Part shown: piece by piece, positions 28,788 through 39,505 of the stretch | How the letters are laid out: each line of letters starts with the position of its first letter | How positions within the stretch are numbered: position 1 is the stretch's first letter | Source of the DNA: an uncultured Gemmatimonadales bacterium | Lineage (GTDB): Bacteria > Gemmatimonadota > Gemmatimonadetes > Gemmatimonadales > GWC2-71-9 | Length of the DNA: 64,000 nt | Direction of reading: 5' to 3' | Assembly (NCBI GenBank): GCA_963798915.1 | Contig: CAWCVB010000002.1 | Span: 96,001-160,000, forward strand | Program-made: the position numbers and the translations under genes | The notes under the pieces: model-generated | Told to the model about the DNA's origin: nothing | The model's database searches: none | The model's input: the letters and a program-made list of their open reading frames with translations, nothing else

Positions 28788-30278
28788 TCAATCCATCGGC
28801 AACCCATCCGGTCCCAGCACGGTGACCGGCCCGAGACCGAGGGCCTCCACCGTCGGCTGGATCTTGGCCAGGTCGCCCACGACCACGATGGTGAAGCGGT
28901 CCGGGTGCAGCTCGGCCTTGGCCAGCCGGTTCACGTCGGCCGTCGTCACCGCCTCGGTCCTGGTCACGAAGTCGGTCAGCTCCGAGGGAGGCAGGCCGAA
29001 GAAGGCAAGGTCGGCCAGCTGGCCCGCCACGCCGGCATCGGTCTCGATCCGCCGGGGGTAGCTCCGAACCAGCGCCCCCTTGGCAAATTCGACCTCGGCT
29101 GTGGTGGCGGGGCGACCCTCGCGGATGTCCTTGAGTTCCCGCATGAACTCGATGAGCGAGCTGTCCGTCTTGGCGGTGAAGACGCCGGCGCTGGCAACGA
29201 ATGGACCGGGGCCGCGATCAAAGGACCAGCTGCTTCGCGCGCCGTAGGTGTAGCCCTTGTCTTCGCGGAGGTTGAGGTTGATGCGGCTGGTGAACTGGCC
29301 GCCAAGCACCGCATTCAACACGGTGAGCGGGTAATACTCGGGCGACCGGCGCGGAACGCCGGCATGACCGATTCTGATCTCGCTCTGCGCGGCGCCGGGC
29401 TTGTCCACCAGAAACACGCCGGGCGAGCTCGAGGTCGGGGCCGCCGGCGCCTGCATGGCGTTTGCCGGCACGGTCCCGCGCTTCCAGCCGCCAAAGGCCA
29501 GCTTGGCGTAGCGCTCGGCCTGGTTGGCGGTCAGATCTCCCACCACAACGAGCACCGCGTTGTTGGGCAGGTAGAAGCGATGATAGAAACCGGTGATGTC
29601 ATCGCGAGTCAGCGCCGTGATGGATGCTGTCGTGCCGCCCGCTTCGTGACCATAGGGATGGTCCTCGCCGTACACCAGGCGATCGAACGTCTGGGTGGCG
29701 ATCACGGTCGGCTGGTCCTTCTGTCGCGCGAGGTTCTGCAAAAGCAGCTTGCGGTCGCGCTCTATCTCCTCCGGCTGGAACGCCGGCCGAGTCACCATCT
29801 CACCCATCAGCGCAAAAGCCGAGTCGGCCGTCCGCGTGAGAGTCGTAAGGCTGACCGACGTTTCCTCGGTCCCGGAGCTCGCGCGGAGGTTGGCGCCAAG
29901 GCGATCCACGGCCTCGGCAAACCCGGTGGCCGAGCGTGCATCGGTGCCTTCCTCCAGCATGCCGGCCGTCATGGAGGCGATGCCGGGCATGCGACCGTCC
30001 TGCGCTGCGCCGGCGCGGATCACCAACCGGGCGTTGATGGCCGGCAGTTCCGAATCGGACACCACCCAGAGCGTGAGGCCATTGGGCAGCGTGCGCTGTA
30101 CCACCTTGGGAGCACGCACAGCGGGGACCGGTCCCGCCACCGGCTTCACCGAACGATCCAGTTGCTGCGCCTGCGCCGTTGCACCGAGCAGGCAACTCGC
30201 CGCCATCACCCACCGGCCCATCCTGCCCGCCATGTCCGTCTTGCCCGTCCTGCCCGTCCTGCCCGTCTTGTCCGTCAT
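28788..30278 (-). CDS. M16 peptidase, non-catalytic subunit
   Basis: TLPNGL and RINLNLREDKGYTYGA motifs; no HxxEH. ATGA overlap with the upstream gene. Confidence 0.88.
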   Translation of the reverse strand: MTDKTGRTGRTGKTDMAGRMGRWVMAASCLLGATAQAQQLDRSVKPVAGPVPAVRAPKVVQRTLPNGLTLWVVSDSELPAINARLVIRAGAAQDGRMPGIASMTAGMLEEGTDARSATGFAEAVDRLGANLRASSGTEETSVSLTTLTRTADSAFALMGEMVTRPAFQPEEIERDRKLLLQNLARQKDQPTVIATQTFDRLVYGEDHPYGHEAGGTTASITALTRDDITGFYHRFYLPNNAVLVVVGDLTANQAERYAKLAFGGWKRGTVPANAMQAPAAPTSSSPGVFLVDKPGAAQSEIRIGHAGVPRRSPEYYPLTVLNAVLGGQFTSRINLNLREDKGYTYGARSSWSFDRGPGPFVASAGVFTAKTDSSLIEFMRELKDIREGRPATTAEVEFAKGALVRSYPRRIETDAGVAGQLADLAFFGLPPSELTDFVTRTEAVTTADVNRLAKAELHPDRFTIVVVGDLAKIQPTVEALGLGPVTVLGPDGLPMD

Positions 30279-31666
30279 GGCGTCGCCTCCGTCTCTGTTG
30301 CGGCAAGTTCGGTGTGTCCATTCGGGACGATCGAGAGCACGACCTTGGGTTGATGTACCAGGTATTGCCCGGCGACCCGCTTGATGTCCGCCGCCGTCAC
30401 CGCGCGCGAGCGGGCCAAGTCTTGATTGAAGAGGTTGGGGGTGCCGCGCATGGTGTTGTACGAGTTGAGCCGGTCCGCCTTGCCGAGCGTCGATGCCAGA
30501 CGGAAGACGAAGGAGGATTCGACGCCGTTCTTGGCGGCTTCGAGTTCTTCCGCGGTCGGCCCGTCCTTCGCGAGACGAGCGATTTCCTGGTAGACCTCGC
30601 GCTCCATCTGGGACAGGCTGCTCGAGTCGCGTGCGGTGACCGAGACCTGGAAGGTGCCGGCCAGCTCGCGATTGCTGGAGAAGGCGCTGGCGCTCTGTGC
30701 GGCCTGCTCCTTGTACACCAGGCGCTGGTAGAGACGGGAGGTCTTTCCCTGGCCCAGGATCGTGGCCAGCATTTCCAGCGGTGCCTCGTCCGCATTCCAC
30801 GCCTCGACCGTGGGCCAGGCGATATCGAGCCGCGCCAGGGTGACGCGGTCTTCCAGCACCGCCCGCCGGTCTGCATCAAGATGCGTCGGACGCGGGGTCG
30901 GGTCGGGAATCGGCTCGCCGCGGGGGATATCCCCGAAATATTTCTCGACCAGCTTCTTCACCTCGGCCGTGTTGACGTCTCCGGCGATGGCCAGCGAGGC
31001 GTTGTTGGGCGCATACCAGGTGCGAAAGAATTGCTGCACGTCGGCCAGGGAGGCGTTGGTGAGGTCCTCCTGGTACCCGATGGTGGGCCAGTGATAGGGA
31101 TGATCGTCGGGGTAAAGCATCTCACCCATGCGGATGGACGCCATGCCGTAGGGGCGGTTCTCGTAGTTCTGGCGCCGTTCGTTCTTCACCACGTCGCGCT
31201 GGTTGTCGAGCTTGGCCTGCGACATGGACGGCAGCAGCCATCCCATGCGGTCGGCCTCGAGCCAGAGCGCCAGCTCGAGGTAGTTGGCGGGCACGGTCTC
31301 GTAGTAGTTGGTGCGATCCGTGTTGGTGGAACCATTGAGGGTCCCGCCCGCTTCCTGGACGTACTTGAAGTGCTGGTCGTCGCCCACATGCTCGGAGCCC
31401 TGGAACATCATGTGCTCGAACAGGTGTGCGAAGCCGCGCCGCCCAGCTGCCTCCCGGCCCGAACCAACGTGGTACCAGACATTGACCGATACCACGGGCG
31501 CCGAGTGGTCCTCGTGCACGATCACGTCGAGGCCATTCGGCAGCGTAAACGCCGTTGCCGGCACCTCGATTTCCTGCGCCTGCGTTGTGGCGGCCACCAG
31601 CAGCAGCCCGCCTGTCACCATCAACCATCTGCCCGCCTTGCCCGTCCTGCCCGTCCTGCCCGTCAT
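30275..31666 (-). CDS. M16 peptidase, catalytic subunit
   Basis: GFAHLFEHMMF (HxxEH), NGST and VVKNERR motifs. Confidence 0.92.
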   Translation of the reverse strand: MTGRTGRTGKAGRWLMVTGGLLLVAATTQAQEIEVPATAFTLPNGLDVIVHEDHSAPVVSVNVWYHVGSGREAAGRRGFAHLFEHMMFQGSEHVGDDQHFKYVQEAGGTLNGSTNTDRTNYYETVPANYLELALWLEADRMGWLLPSMSQAKLDNQRDVVKNERRQNYENRPYGMASIRMGEMLYPDDHPYHWPTIGYQEDLTNASLADVQQFFRTWYAPNNASLAIAGDVNTAEVKKLVEKYFGDIPRGEPIPDPTPRPTHLDADRRAVLEDRVTLARLDIAWPTVEAWNADEAPLEMLATILGQGKTSRLYQRLVYKEQAAQSASAFSSNRELAGTFQVSVTARDSSSLSQMEREVYQEIARLAKDGPTAEELEAAKNGVESSFVFRLASTLGKADRLNSYNTMRGTPNLFNQDLARSRAVTAADIKRVAGQYLVHQPKVVLSIVPNGHTELAATETEATP

Positions 31667-33141
31667 GGCCTGACCTCCTGTCCAGCATGGTCCACCACGC
31701 TAATCGGTCCGAGGCCGAGCGCCTCGATGCCCGGCCTGATCCTGGCGATATCGCCCACCACCACCACCGTCAGGTGTGAGGGGTCGAGATACTTCTGCGC
31801 CGCGCGCTGCACGTCCGCTGCGCTCAAGGCCTGGATGTGGCCAAGGTCTGCCGGAATAGTGCTGAGCGGAAGGTTGAAGACGTCGAGTGTGCTGAGCCCG
31901 CCTGCCACCTGGCGAGTAGTTTCGAAGTCACCGAGGGTGCCGAGTACCACATAGGACTTGGCCCGCGCCAGCTCGGCGTCGGTGGGCGCTTCATCGCGGA
32001 TGCGGCGGAACTCGTCGAAGAAAATGGCAAGTGAGCTGTCCGTGACATCGGTGCGCACCGCCGAGCTTGCCGCGAACGGGCCCGGCACCGGTCGCCAGGA
32101 AAAACCGGATCCTGCGCCGTACGTGAATCCCTTCTGCTCGCGCAGGATCTGGTTGAGCCGGGAGGAAAACGATCCGCCGAGAATGGTATTCATCAGGGTG
32201 ATCGCGGGATAATCAGGCGATCGACGATTCACGCCCGGTGCGCCGATCATGATGACGCTTTGCGCGGCGTTGGGCTTGTCCACCAGGTAGACTCGGGTGG
32301 GCGCGGGTGGCGGCGCCGTGACCGCCGAGGCGGGGGCAAGCGGCAACGGTCGTACCGGCGCCTTCCAGCCTCCCAGCGCCTTGGCGGCCATGGCCCGTGC
32401 CTGGGCCATGGTCAGGTCGCCGGTCAGGATCAGCGTGGCGCGCGAGGGATCGGCCACCCGGTTCCAGAAGTCACGTACCATTGCCGAGTCGAGCACGACT
32501 GTACTGGCGGAGTCTCCCGAAATCGGGCGGTGATAGGGATGACTCTGCGGGAAAACGGTGTAGCCGAACACGTCGGATGCCACCGACGCGGGGCGATCGC
32601 GCGCCTGCAGCAGCGCCGCGATGCGAAGGTCCCGCTGGCGCTTCACGTCCGCTGAGGAAAAGGCAGGCCGCAGCAGCACGTCGGCGAGGGTCGTCATTGC
32701 TTCGTCAAAGGTGCGTCTGGGAGCGCGCAGCGAGAGCGTGAAGGCATCCCACGAGGCGCCGGTGATCAGCGTCGCTCCGAGGAACTCGAGCTGTGCCGCG
32801 AGCTGAAAGGCATCGCGGCCTCCGGCCCCTTCGTCAAGCATGCCGGCCGCAAAGGTGGCCAGTCCCGGGCGATCGCCATCGAGCCGGGCCCCGCCATCGA
32901 TGAGCAGCGTGGCCTGCACCAGGGGCAGTTCGGTCATCCGGACGACCTGCAGGGTGAGCCCGTTGGGAAGCGTGGCGCGCTGCACATCAGGCATCACCAG
33001 TCTGGGTGCGGGACCCAGTGTCGGTGCCGTGGCCACGGCCGGCGCGACCTGCGCGTGCAGGCGTGCTGTGCCAAGCAGCGCTGCGACGGCCAGCGCACCC
33101 AACCCGCCCATCCTGCGCGTCCTGCCAACTTCGCCCGTCAT
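31663..33141 (-). CDS. M16 peptidase, non-catalytic subunit
   Basis: RLNQILREQKGFTYGA motif; lacks HxxEH. Confidence 0.88.
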   Translation of the reverse strand: MTGEVGRTRRMGGLGALAVAALLGTARLHAQVAPAVATAPTLGPAPRLVMPDVQRATLPNGLTLQVVRMTELPLVQATLLIDGGARLDGDRPGLATFAAGMLDEGAGGRDAFQLAAQLEFLGATLITGASWDAFTLSLRAPRRTFDEAMTTLADVLLRPAFSSADVKRQRDLRIAALLQARDRPASVASDVFGYTVFPQSHPYHRPISGDSASTVVLDSAMVRDFWNRVADPSRATLILTGDLTMAQARAMAAKALGGWKAPVRPLPLAPASAVTAPPPAPTRVYLVDKPNAAQSVIMIGAPGVNRRSPDYPAITLMNTILGGSFSSRLNQILREQKGFTYGAGSGFSWRPVPGPFAASSAVRTDVTDSSLAIFFDEFRRIRDEAPTDAELARAKSYVVLGTLGDFETTRQVAGGLSTLDVFNLPLSTIPADLGHIQALSAADVQRAAQKYLDPSHLTVVVVGDIARIRPGIEALGLGPISVVDHAGQEVRP

Positions 33142-34499
33142 GTTGTCCCCCGTTCCGCCGCGGCAAGACTCCGCTTGCCCTCTGGCACCACCGAGATAAT
33201 CACCCGCGGACCGGTCAGATACTTCCGCGCCACCCGCTGCACGTCGGCCGCGGTCACCGCGCGAATACGGTCGAGATCACGCTGGAAGCCATCAGGAGTG
33301 CCAATCGCGTAGTAATACTCGTTGAGCTGGTTGGCCTTGGCGCGGACGCTTTCGATGCCATTGAGGAAGTCGGCCTCGAGCGAATTCCTCGCCTGCTGGA
33401 GTTCCCGCGGATCGGGACCATCGGCGGCAAGCCGCTGAAGCGTGGAATCGATGTCCTGCTGCAGCTCGGGCAGCGCATGTCCGGGCCGCGCCGTGGCGAT
33501 GACCTCGAAGGCGCCGTCGAGGCGCTGGCCTTCCTGGAAGGCAAAGAGGTTGCTGGCGGTCTGCTTGTCGTAGACCATCAGCTTGGTGAGCCGGGAATTC
33601 TTGGCGCCGGTGAGGAGATAGGCCACGATGTTGAGCGGCGCATCGTCGGGATCCCAGCCCTTCACCGTGTGCCAGGCGTAGTAGAGCCGGGGGAGCTGGA
33701 CCCGGTCCTCCAACACCAGCGAGGTATCGCGCTGGAGAGTGAACGGCGCCGGCGTGGGGCGGGTGATCGCGGGTCCCCGTGGAATGGCACCGAAGTAATG
33801 CTCGACCATCCGCTTGACGCTATCGGCGTGGACGTCCCCGGAGACGACGATGGCGGCGTTGTTGGGAGCGTAATACTTCCGGAAGAAGTTCTTCACATCC
33901 TCAAGCGACGCGGCCGAGAGATCGGCCATCGAGCCGATGACGGGCCAGGAATAGGGATGGCCAGCGGGATAGAGCATCCTCGGCAGATGATCTGCGACCA
34001 TGCCGTAGGGCTGGTTCTCGTAACTCTGGCGGCGCTCGTTCTTCACGACGTCCCGCTGGAGGTCCACCTTGGCCGAGTCCATGGTCGGCAGCAGCCAGCC
34101 CATCCGGTCAGCGTCGAGCCAGAGCATGAGCGGCAGGGCGTTGGCCGGGCCGGCTTCGTAGTAGTTGGTGCGGTCCTCGGTGGTGGAGCCGTTGTTGTCG
34201 GCGCCGGCGGCTTCCAGCCGCCGGTCGAACTCGGGGTAAGGCGCGTGCTCCGAACCCATGAACATCAGGTGCTCGAACAGGTGGGCAAAGCCGGTCCGGC
34301 CCACCTGTTCATCGCCGGAGCCGACATGATACCACTCATTCACCGAGACCACCGGCGCCGAATGGTCTTCGTTGACGATCAGCGTGAGGCCGTTCGAGAG
34401 TGTGTCAATGACGAACGGCACGTGCAGCGGCGCGCTCTGGGCCGCCAGCGGCGCCGCGATGACCGCAAGCGTCAGTGCCGTGAGGCAATGCAACCTCAT
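33138..34499 (-). CDS. M16 peptidase, catalytic subunit
   Basis: GFAHLFEHLMF motif; signal peptide. Confidence 0.92.
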   Translation of the reverse strand: MRLHCLTALTLAVIAAPLAAQSAPLHVPFVIDTLSNGLTLIVNEDHSAPVVSVNEWYHVGSGDEQVGRTGFAHLFEHLMFMGSEHAPYPEFDRRLEAAGADNNGSTTEDRTNYYEAGPANALPLMLWLDADRMGWLLPTMDSAKVDLQRDVVKNERRQSYENQPYGMVADHLPRMLYPAGHPYSWPVIGSMADLSAASLEDVKNFFRKYYAPNNAAIVVSGDVHADSVKRMVEHYFGAIPRGPAITRPTPAPFTLQRDTSLVLEDRVQLPRLYYAWHTVKGWDPDDAPLNIVAYLLTGAKNSRLTKLMVYDKQTASNLFAFQEGQRLDGAFEVIATARPGHALPELQQDIDSTLQRLAADGPDPRELQQARNSLEADFLNGIESVRAKANQLNEYYYAIGTPDGFQRDLDRIRAVTAADVQRVARKYLTGPRVIISVVPEGKRSLAAAERGTT

Positions 34500-34570
34500 G
34501 AGGTAACCTCGAGTTTCTGGTAAAAGCGCACACGAACGCACGAAAGGCGTGATGGAATCAATTGCTTTCG

Positions 34571-35227
34571 TTATTGCGTGTTTTCGTGTGATGATCTGAC
34601 GGTGCTCTCCCTGCTACGATCCAACCAGCTCCAGCTCCGCATCCAGGCCACCGGCGCCTTCAGCGCTTCCCAGAAGAGATAGCGCAGCTCCAGGTTCGGG
34701 TTGTCGGAGATCGGGCTCGATGGCGTGGGCGAGGTGAACGCTTCCAGCGCAACGCGCCGAGCCTCGAGTCGCAGCCGGCACATGTGAAACGGATCGCTCA
34801 CCAGCAGGACGGTGCTCAAGCCCCGCTGGTGCAGCCAGGCCGCGACATCGGTCATGGAGGCGTAGGTGGACCGCCCGCGGGGTACGACCACGATGGCGCT
34901 GTCGGGGACCTCCTGCGCCAGCAACCAGTGGCGTCCCACCATGGCTTCGCTGGTCGTGTCACCTCGTCCGACACCACCCGTAACGATGATGCGGCTGGCC
35001 AGTCCGTCGCGATAGAGGCGCATGCCGTGTTCCAGGCGGGCGCGCAGTACCGGGGAGGGGCGGCCGTTGTACTGGGCTGCGCCCAGGATCACCACCGCAT
35101 CGGCATGGTGCCGCTGGTCCTGCTGGCTGACGACCAGGACCATGACCAGCCAGGTGGTATAGAAGAGGCCGGCGACGACCACGAGCAGTCCGGCGAGCTT
35201 CAGCAACCGGCGTAGTGGATTGCGCAC
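34571..35227 (-). CDS. YdcF/DUF218 family protein
   Basis: DAVVILGAA, IIVTGG, SEA and VSDPFHM motifs. Confidence 0.85.
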   Translation of the reverse strand: MRNPLRRLLKLAGLLVVVAGLFYTTWLVMVLVVSQQDQRHHADAVVILGAAQYNGRPSPVLRARLEHGMRLYRDGLASRIIVTGGVGRGDTTSEAMVGRHWLLAQEVPDSAIVVVPRGRSTYASMTDVAAWLHQRGLSTVLLVSDPFHMCRLRLEARRVALEAFTSPTPSSPISDNPNLELRYLFWEALKAPVAWMRSWSWLDRSRESTVRSSHENTQ

Positions 35228-35265
35228 GCCGGAAGGTACGGCCGGCAGCGGGGACTGTCACCATC

Positions 35266-36657
35266 TCAGAGATTGAAGCTCTCGCCCAGCTTGGGTACGT
35301 GCACCTCCTCGACCCCCTCCTCCTTGAGGATCTTGGCCATGCCCTCGAGCGCATCCGGATCGCCGTGGACGCAGAAGGCGCGGCGGATGGGGCCGCCCAG
35401 CATCTGCACCCACTTCCGCAGCTCGTCCCGGTCGGCGTGTGCTGAATAGCCATCCAGACTTTCCACCTCGGCCCGCAAGTCCATCTCCTCGCCGAAGACG
35501 CGGATCCGTCGCTCGCCGTCGCGGATTCGCCGGCCCAGCGTTCCCGCGGCCTGGTAGCCAACAAAGAGGATGCAGTTCCGCTGGTCGCCGCCGTGATTCT
35601 TGATGTGGTGCAGGATGCGTCCGGCTTCCACCATGCCGGACGCGGAAATGATGATCGCCGGGCCGTTGAGGGAATTGAGCCGCTTGGACTCCTCGACATC
35701 ATGCACGTAATGCACCGCGCTGAAGTCGAGCAGCGGCTGGTCCGCCTTCACCATGGCCTCGGCGTCGTCGAAGACCTCCGGATGCATCCGGAAGACCGTG
35801 GTGCTCTCGACCGCGAGCGGGCTGTCCACGTAGATGGGAATCCGGGGAATCTTGTTCGCCCGCATCAAGCCATGCAGCGCATAGACCACTTCCTGCGTCC
35901 GGCCCACCGCAAAGGCGGGGATGAGCAGTTTCCCGCCGCGTGCCGCGACCCGGGCGACGATCTTGCCGAGTTCCTCTTCCGAGCCGACCGGCGACGAATG
36001 GGTGCGGAGCGCATAGGTAGACTCGATGATGAGCGTGTCCACCGGTCCCGCGGGCGGCTGCGGGTCGCGAATGATGGGCAGGCCCCAGCGACCGATATCG
36101 CCGGAAAAGACCAGCCGGTGCGGCGTGTCCTCGGTGATCCGGAGTGCCACGCTGGCCGATCCAAGGATGTGCCCCGCATCGGAATATTCCATCACCAGGT
36201 TCTTGCGCAGGTGCTGCGGCCGGTGGTACGGCACCGAGACCATCAGCTCCTCGGCCGCGACGGCGTCCCGCATGGTGTAGAGCGGCTCCGATTCCGGCGC
36301 TGCCCGGCCGTGGCGCTTCACGTACTCGAAATCCATTTCCTGGATGTGGGCGGAGTCGGCCAGCATGACAGCGCAGAGGTCACGCGTGGCCGGCGTGGTG
36401 TAGATCGGGCCGTGAAAGCCGCGATTCACCAGCAGGGGCAGCCGGCCGGTGTGGTCGATGTGGGCATGGCTGACCACCACCATGTCAATGCGACGCGCAT
36501 CGAACGCGAGGTTGCGGTTGAGTTCCGCCGCTTCCTTGCGGCGACCCTGGAACAGCCCGGCGTCGAGGAGCAGGCGCATCCCGCAGCATTCGAGCAGGTG
36601 CATCGAGCCGGTGACCTGGCCCGCGGCGCCGTGAAAAGTCAGTCGAAGATCAGACAT
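35266..36657 (-). CDS. MBL-fold beta-CASP ribonuclease
   Basis: GAAGQVTGS, SHAHIDH, AGHILGS, ESTY, FAVGRTQE and YSAHAD motifs. Confidence 0.92.
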   Translation of the reverse strand: MSDLRLTFHGAAGQVTGSMHLLECCGMRLLLDAGLFQGRRKEAAELNRNLAFDARRIDMVVVSHAHIDHTGRLPLLVNRGFHGPIYTTPATRDLCAVMLADSAHIQEMDFEYVKRHGRAAPESEPLYTMRDAVAAEELMVSVPYHRPQHLRKNLVMEYSDAGHILGSASVALRITEDTPHRLVFSGDIGRWGLPIIRDPQPPAGPVDTLIIESTYALRTHSSPVGSEEELGKIVARVAARGGKLLIPAFAVGRTQEVVYALHGLMRANKIPRIPIYVDSPLAVESTTVFRMHPEVFDDAEAMVKADQPLLDFSAVHYVHDVEESKRLNSLNGPAIIISASGMVEAGRILHHIKNHGGDQRNCILFVGYQAAGTLGRRIRDGERRIRVFGEEMDLRAEVESLDGYSAHADRDELRKWVQMLGGPIRRAFCVHGDPDALEGMAKILKEEGVEEVHVPKLGESFNL

Positions 36658-36708
36658 GGGAATCCGAGGTTGGGGATCATGCAGGGGCAGCCGGCGGCCA
36701 CCCATACA

Positions 36709-37353
36709 TCATCGCGTGCCGAACAGCCGGTCACCGGCGTCGCCCAGTCCCGGCAGGATGTAGCCGCTGGCATTGAGCTCGCGATCGAGCGCTGCAGCAA
36801 AGATGAGCACATCAGCGTGCTCCTCCAGCATCCGGCGCACGCCCTCCGGCGCGGCCACCAGGCAGAGGAAGCGGACCCGGCGCGCTCCGGCCTGCTTGAG
36901 TGCGGCCACCGCCGAGACCGCGGAGCCACCGGTGGCGAGCATCGGGTCGAGCACAAAGAAATCCCGCGCATCCTCGCCGCCGGGAATCTTGAAGTAATAG
37001 TCCACCGGCAGCAGGGTTTCGTGGTTGCGGTACAAGCCGATGTGCCCCACCCGCGCCGATGGAATGAGCTGGGCGATGCCATCCACCATGCCCAGTCCGG
37101 CCCGGAGAATGGGCACCAGGGTCAGCTTCTTGCCCGCCACCTGCCGGCCCTCGGTCTGCTCCAGCGGCGTTTCGATCGTGACCGGTTCGGTCGGCAGGTC
37201 CTTGGTGACTTCGTATGCCATCAGCATGGCGATCTCGTTCACCAGTTGCTTGAAGTCGCGGGTGCTGGTGCCCCGGTCCCGGAGCAGCGTGATCTTGTGC
37301 TGGATCAGCGGATGGTCAAGGACCGTCAGGTTGGGAAAGGCGGGTGGCAGCAT
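36709..37353 (-). CDS. upp: Uracil phosphoribosyltransferase
   Basis: [18 protein letters not shown] and [16 protein letters not shown] motifs. Confidence 0.97.
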   Translation of the reverse strand: MLPPAFPNLTVLDHPLIQHKITLLRDRGTSTRDFKQLVNEIAMLMAYEVTKDLPTEPVTIETPLEQTEGRQVAGKKLTLVPILRAGLGMVDGIAQLIPSARVGHIGLYRNHETLLPVDYYFKIPGGEDARDFFVLDPMLATGGSAVSAVAALKQAGARRVRFLCLVAAPEGVRRMLEEHADVLIFAAALDRELNASGYILPGLGDAGDRLFGTR

Positions 37354-37374
37354 GGACGCAATATGTCCCGGGGC

Positions 37375-37470
37375 GGGCAGGATGGGCAGGATGGGCACGA
37401 TGGGCACGATGGGCAGGATGGACCGGGGACCCACGACCTGCGACTCGCGACTCAGGACCCGCGACTCACG
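37375..37470. repeat. Nonamer (GATGGGCAG)n plus degenerate heptamer (CGACTCG)n
   Basis: Directly visible between upp and the upstream gene. Confidence 0.85.
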
Positions 37471-38617
37471 ACAAAGTCCACCTCCCACCGGGTCGTTGCC
37501 CACTCGAGCACCAGCATGCCTCCCCGCTCGCCATGCGGGCGGAGGAGATGGTGAAGGACTTCGACCGGGGCTCCGGAAGCGCCGACTGCCGGAGCGGCAC
37601 GCGGGCCAGGTCCTGTTCCGGGTCGTACTCGGTGCCCCATTGTCCGGTCTGCCGGTTGATGACCAGCACCGCCCCATCCTGGGCTGGGATGGTCCAGAGG
37701 GTGTACAGGCCGGCCGGCACCGTCACGTCACCGAACGAAAGCGCGGCGCCAGTTGAAAACTGGGTGGCGGCATTGGCGCCGGTGCGCCATACGGTGTCGA
37801 GCGGCACGATGCCGCCGAAGATGGTCCGGCCCCGCATGTGCGGGCGGCCATAGTCCACCATCAGCCGGGTTCCGCCAATCACGATGCGAGCCGTGTCGCG
37901 CGGCGACATCAGGCCGGTCGGACCGGTCCGGGTCTCTGCCTCCGCAAAGGCGCGCGCCACGGCGTTGATGTCTGCCGAATCCTGGCGCGCGACCTCGATC
38001 TTGACCGTTGTCCTGGCGCCGGACAACCCCAGCAGGCGACCCTCGCCATCAATGCGGGCGCGCATGGGATTGCCATAGTAGTCGATAGACACACTGTCAC
38101 GGCCGTCGCGGGTAAGCGTGGTGGGGGTCGCGGTGAGCACGCCGGGAATGATCATGTCCACGGTGATGCTGTCGCGCTTCTCCCGCGTCAGCTGCCGGGT
38201 CATCTGGCCATAGAGCGCATACGTGCTGTTGAACATCGGCACCGCGCCGGGGCGGACGTGCATCACATAGCTTCGCGTGCTGTCTCCCTGGCGGAGCTGC
38301 ACATCGGCGCTGTCGCCGTGCACCCCGATGGTCACGGCCTCGAGCGGTGGCAGATCGAGGCGATTGCCGGGGCGGCTGGACGCCTCGAACCGGGTGACGC
38401 GTCCATTCGGCCCCAGCGTTGCCTCGTAATGGAGGAGACTGACGCGGGGCGCACGGATGACGCGGTCGCCCACCAACGAGGTGCGGGTGCGGGTGAAGGT
38501 CTCCACTGAAACCGTGTCGGTTCCCAGCCGCACGACAAAGGCGCCGCGGTCGGACGGTGCCTGCGCCAGGACGGCAGCCGGAAGCGCCAGGAGCAGGGCA
38601 ACGATCGGGTATCTCAT
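37452..38617 (-). CDS. Secreted DUF2911-domain protein (3' end apparently frameshifted near 37540-37570)
   Basis: [36 protein letters not shown] and QWGT motifs. A natural-looking tail ([11 protein letters not shown]) sits in an alternative frame ending at 37452. Confidence 0.75.
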
Positions 38618-38628
38618 GAGATCCTTGG

Positions 38629-38979
38629 TCAGACCTGGAGCTTGACGAGTCGGCAGACACGTTCGTTGCGCCGACACACGCCGGCCTTGAGCAGTCCATG
38701 TGCTGCCCCGGGCGGCCGATCGAGCACGGCCGCGGGCGGAGCGGCGAAGTAGGCCGAATCCTCGCTGACCGCGGTGGTATCGAAGCGCACCACCAACCCA
38801 TCCCGCAGCGTCAGCGTGGGCGGATACTCTGTGCTGATCCTGGCGCCGGGCTCCGTGACCAGGAGCAGCCGGACGCCGCCGGGCAGCGGATGCCGCTCGA
38901 GCGAGAGCAGCGCGGGGGCCGGCGGCGGGCCGCTGCAGGCAGCGGCCAGCCACAACAGCACGAGACCGGATTTATGCAT
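38629..38979 (-). CDS. Small hypothetical lipoprotein
   Basis: Lipobox-like AAAC; C-terminal VC...VC pair. Confidence 0.55.
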   Translation of the reverse strand: MHKSGLVLLWLAAACSGPPPAPALLSLERHPLPGGVRLLLVTEPGARISTEYPPTLTLRDGLVVRFDTTAVSEDSAYFAAPPAAVLDRPPGAAHGLLKAGVCRRNERVCRLVKLQV

Positions 38980-39063
38980 GGCCTCTATTGTAAGCAATGG
39001 GACCGCCGGGCGTCAGCGCGGCCTTGGAAACGGTGGGGCCGAGGCCTATATTCCCCGCCCTTC

Positions 39064-39117
<54 letters not shown>

Positions 39118-39136
<19 letters not shown>

Positions 39137-39374
39137 TGGCTCGCCGATTGCCGTTCGTGTGATTGCCGCGTTCCCAGCTCGGGGGTTCACCTGCGGCCGC
39201 GTTGCGGCCTCGGTGTCCTCGCCCTGCGGGCTCGGATCGATTCCCTCCCTAGCCATGGCTCGCCGATTGCCGTTCGTGTGATTGCCGCGTTCCCAGCTCG
39301 GGGGTTCACCTGCGGCCGCGTTGCGGCCTCGGTGTCCTCGCCCTGCGGGCTCGGATCGATTCCCTCCCTGGCCA
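39118..39374 (+). repeat. tRNA-linked 119-bp tandem repeat (2 units plus a third copy of the tRNA 3' end)
   Basis: TCGATTCCCTCCCTAGCCA recurs at 39118 and 39237, and at 39356 with one mismatch. Confidence 0.92.
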
Positions 39375-39377
39375 TCA

Positions 39378-39452
39378 CAGGATGGGCAGGATGGGCAGGA
39401 TGGGCGGGATGGGCGGGATCGGAAGAAGGGGCGATGCTTGCGTCGCCCCTTC
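39378..39452. repeat. Nonamer repeat followed by a REP-like palindrome (39425-39452)
   Basis: (CAGGATGGG)n followed by GAAGGGGCGATGCTTGCGTCGCCCCTTC. Confidence 0.8.
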
Positions 39453-39505
39453 GCTGTCTCGAAGCAATCTGGCAGCCCGACCCAAATCGCCGATAGGCCC
39501 GCTGG

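Noticed and set aside
37452..37575. Programmed frameshift at the 3' end of the DUF2911 gene
   Set aside because: Several small indels in C runs seem needed to restore the expected tail and there is no slippery site; sequence error or decay is more likely. This also tempers confidence in the other frameshifts.
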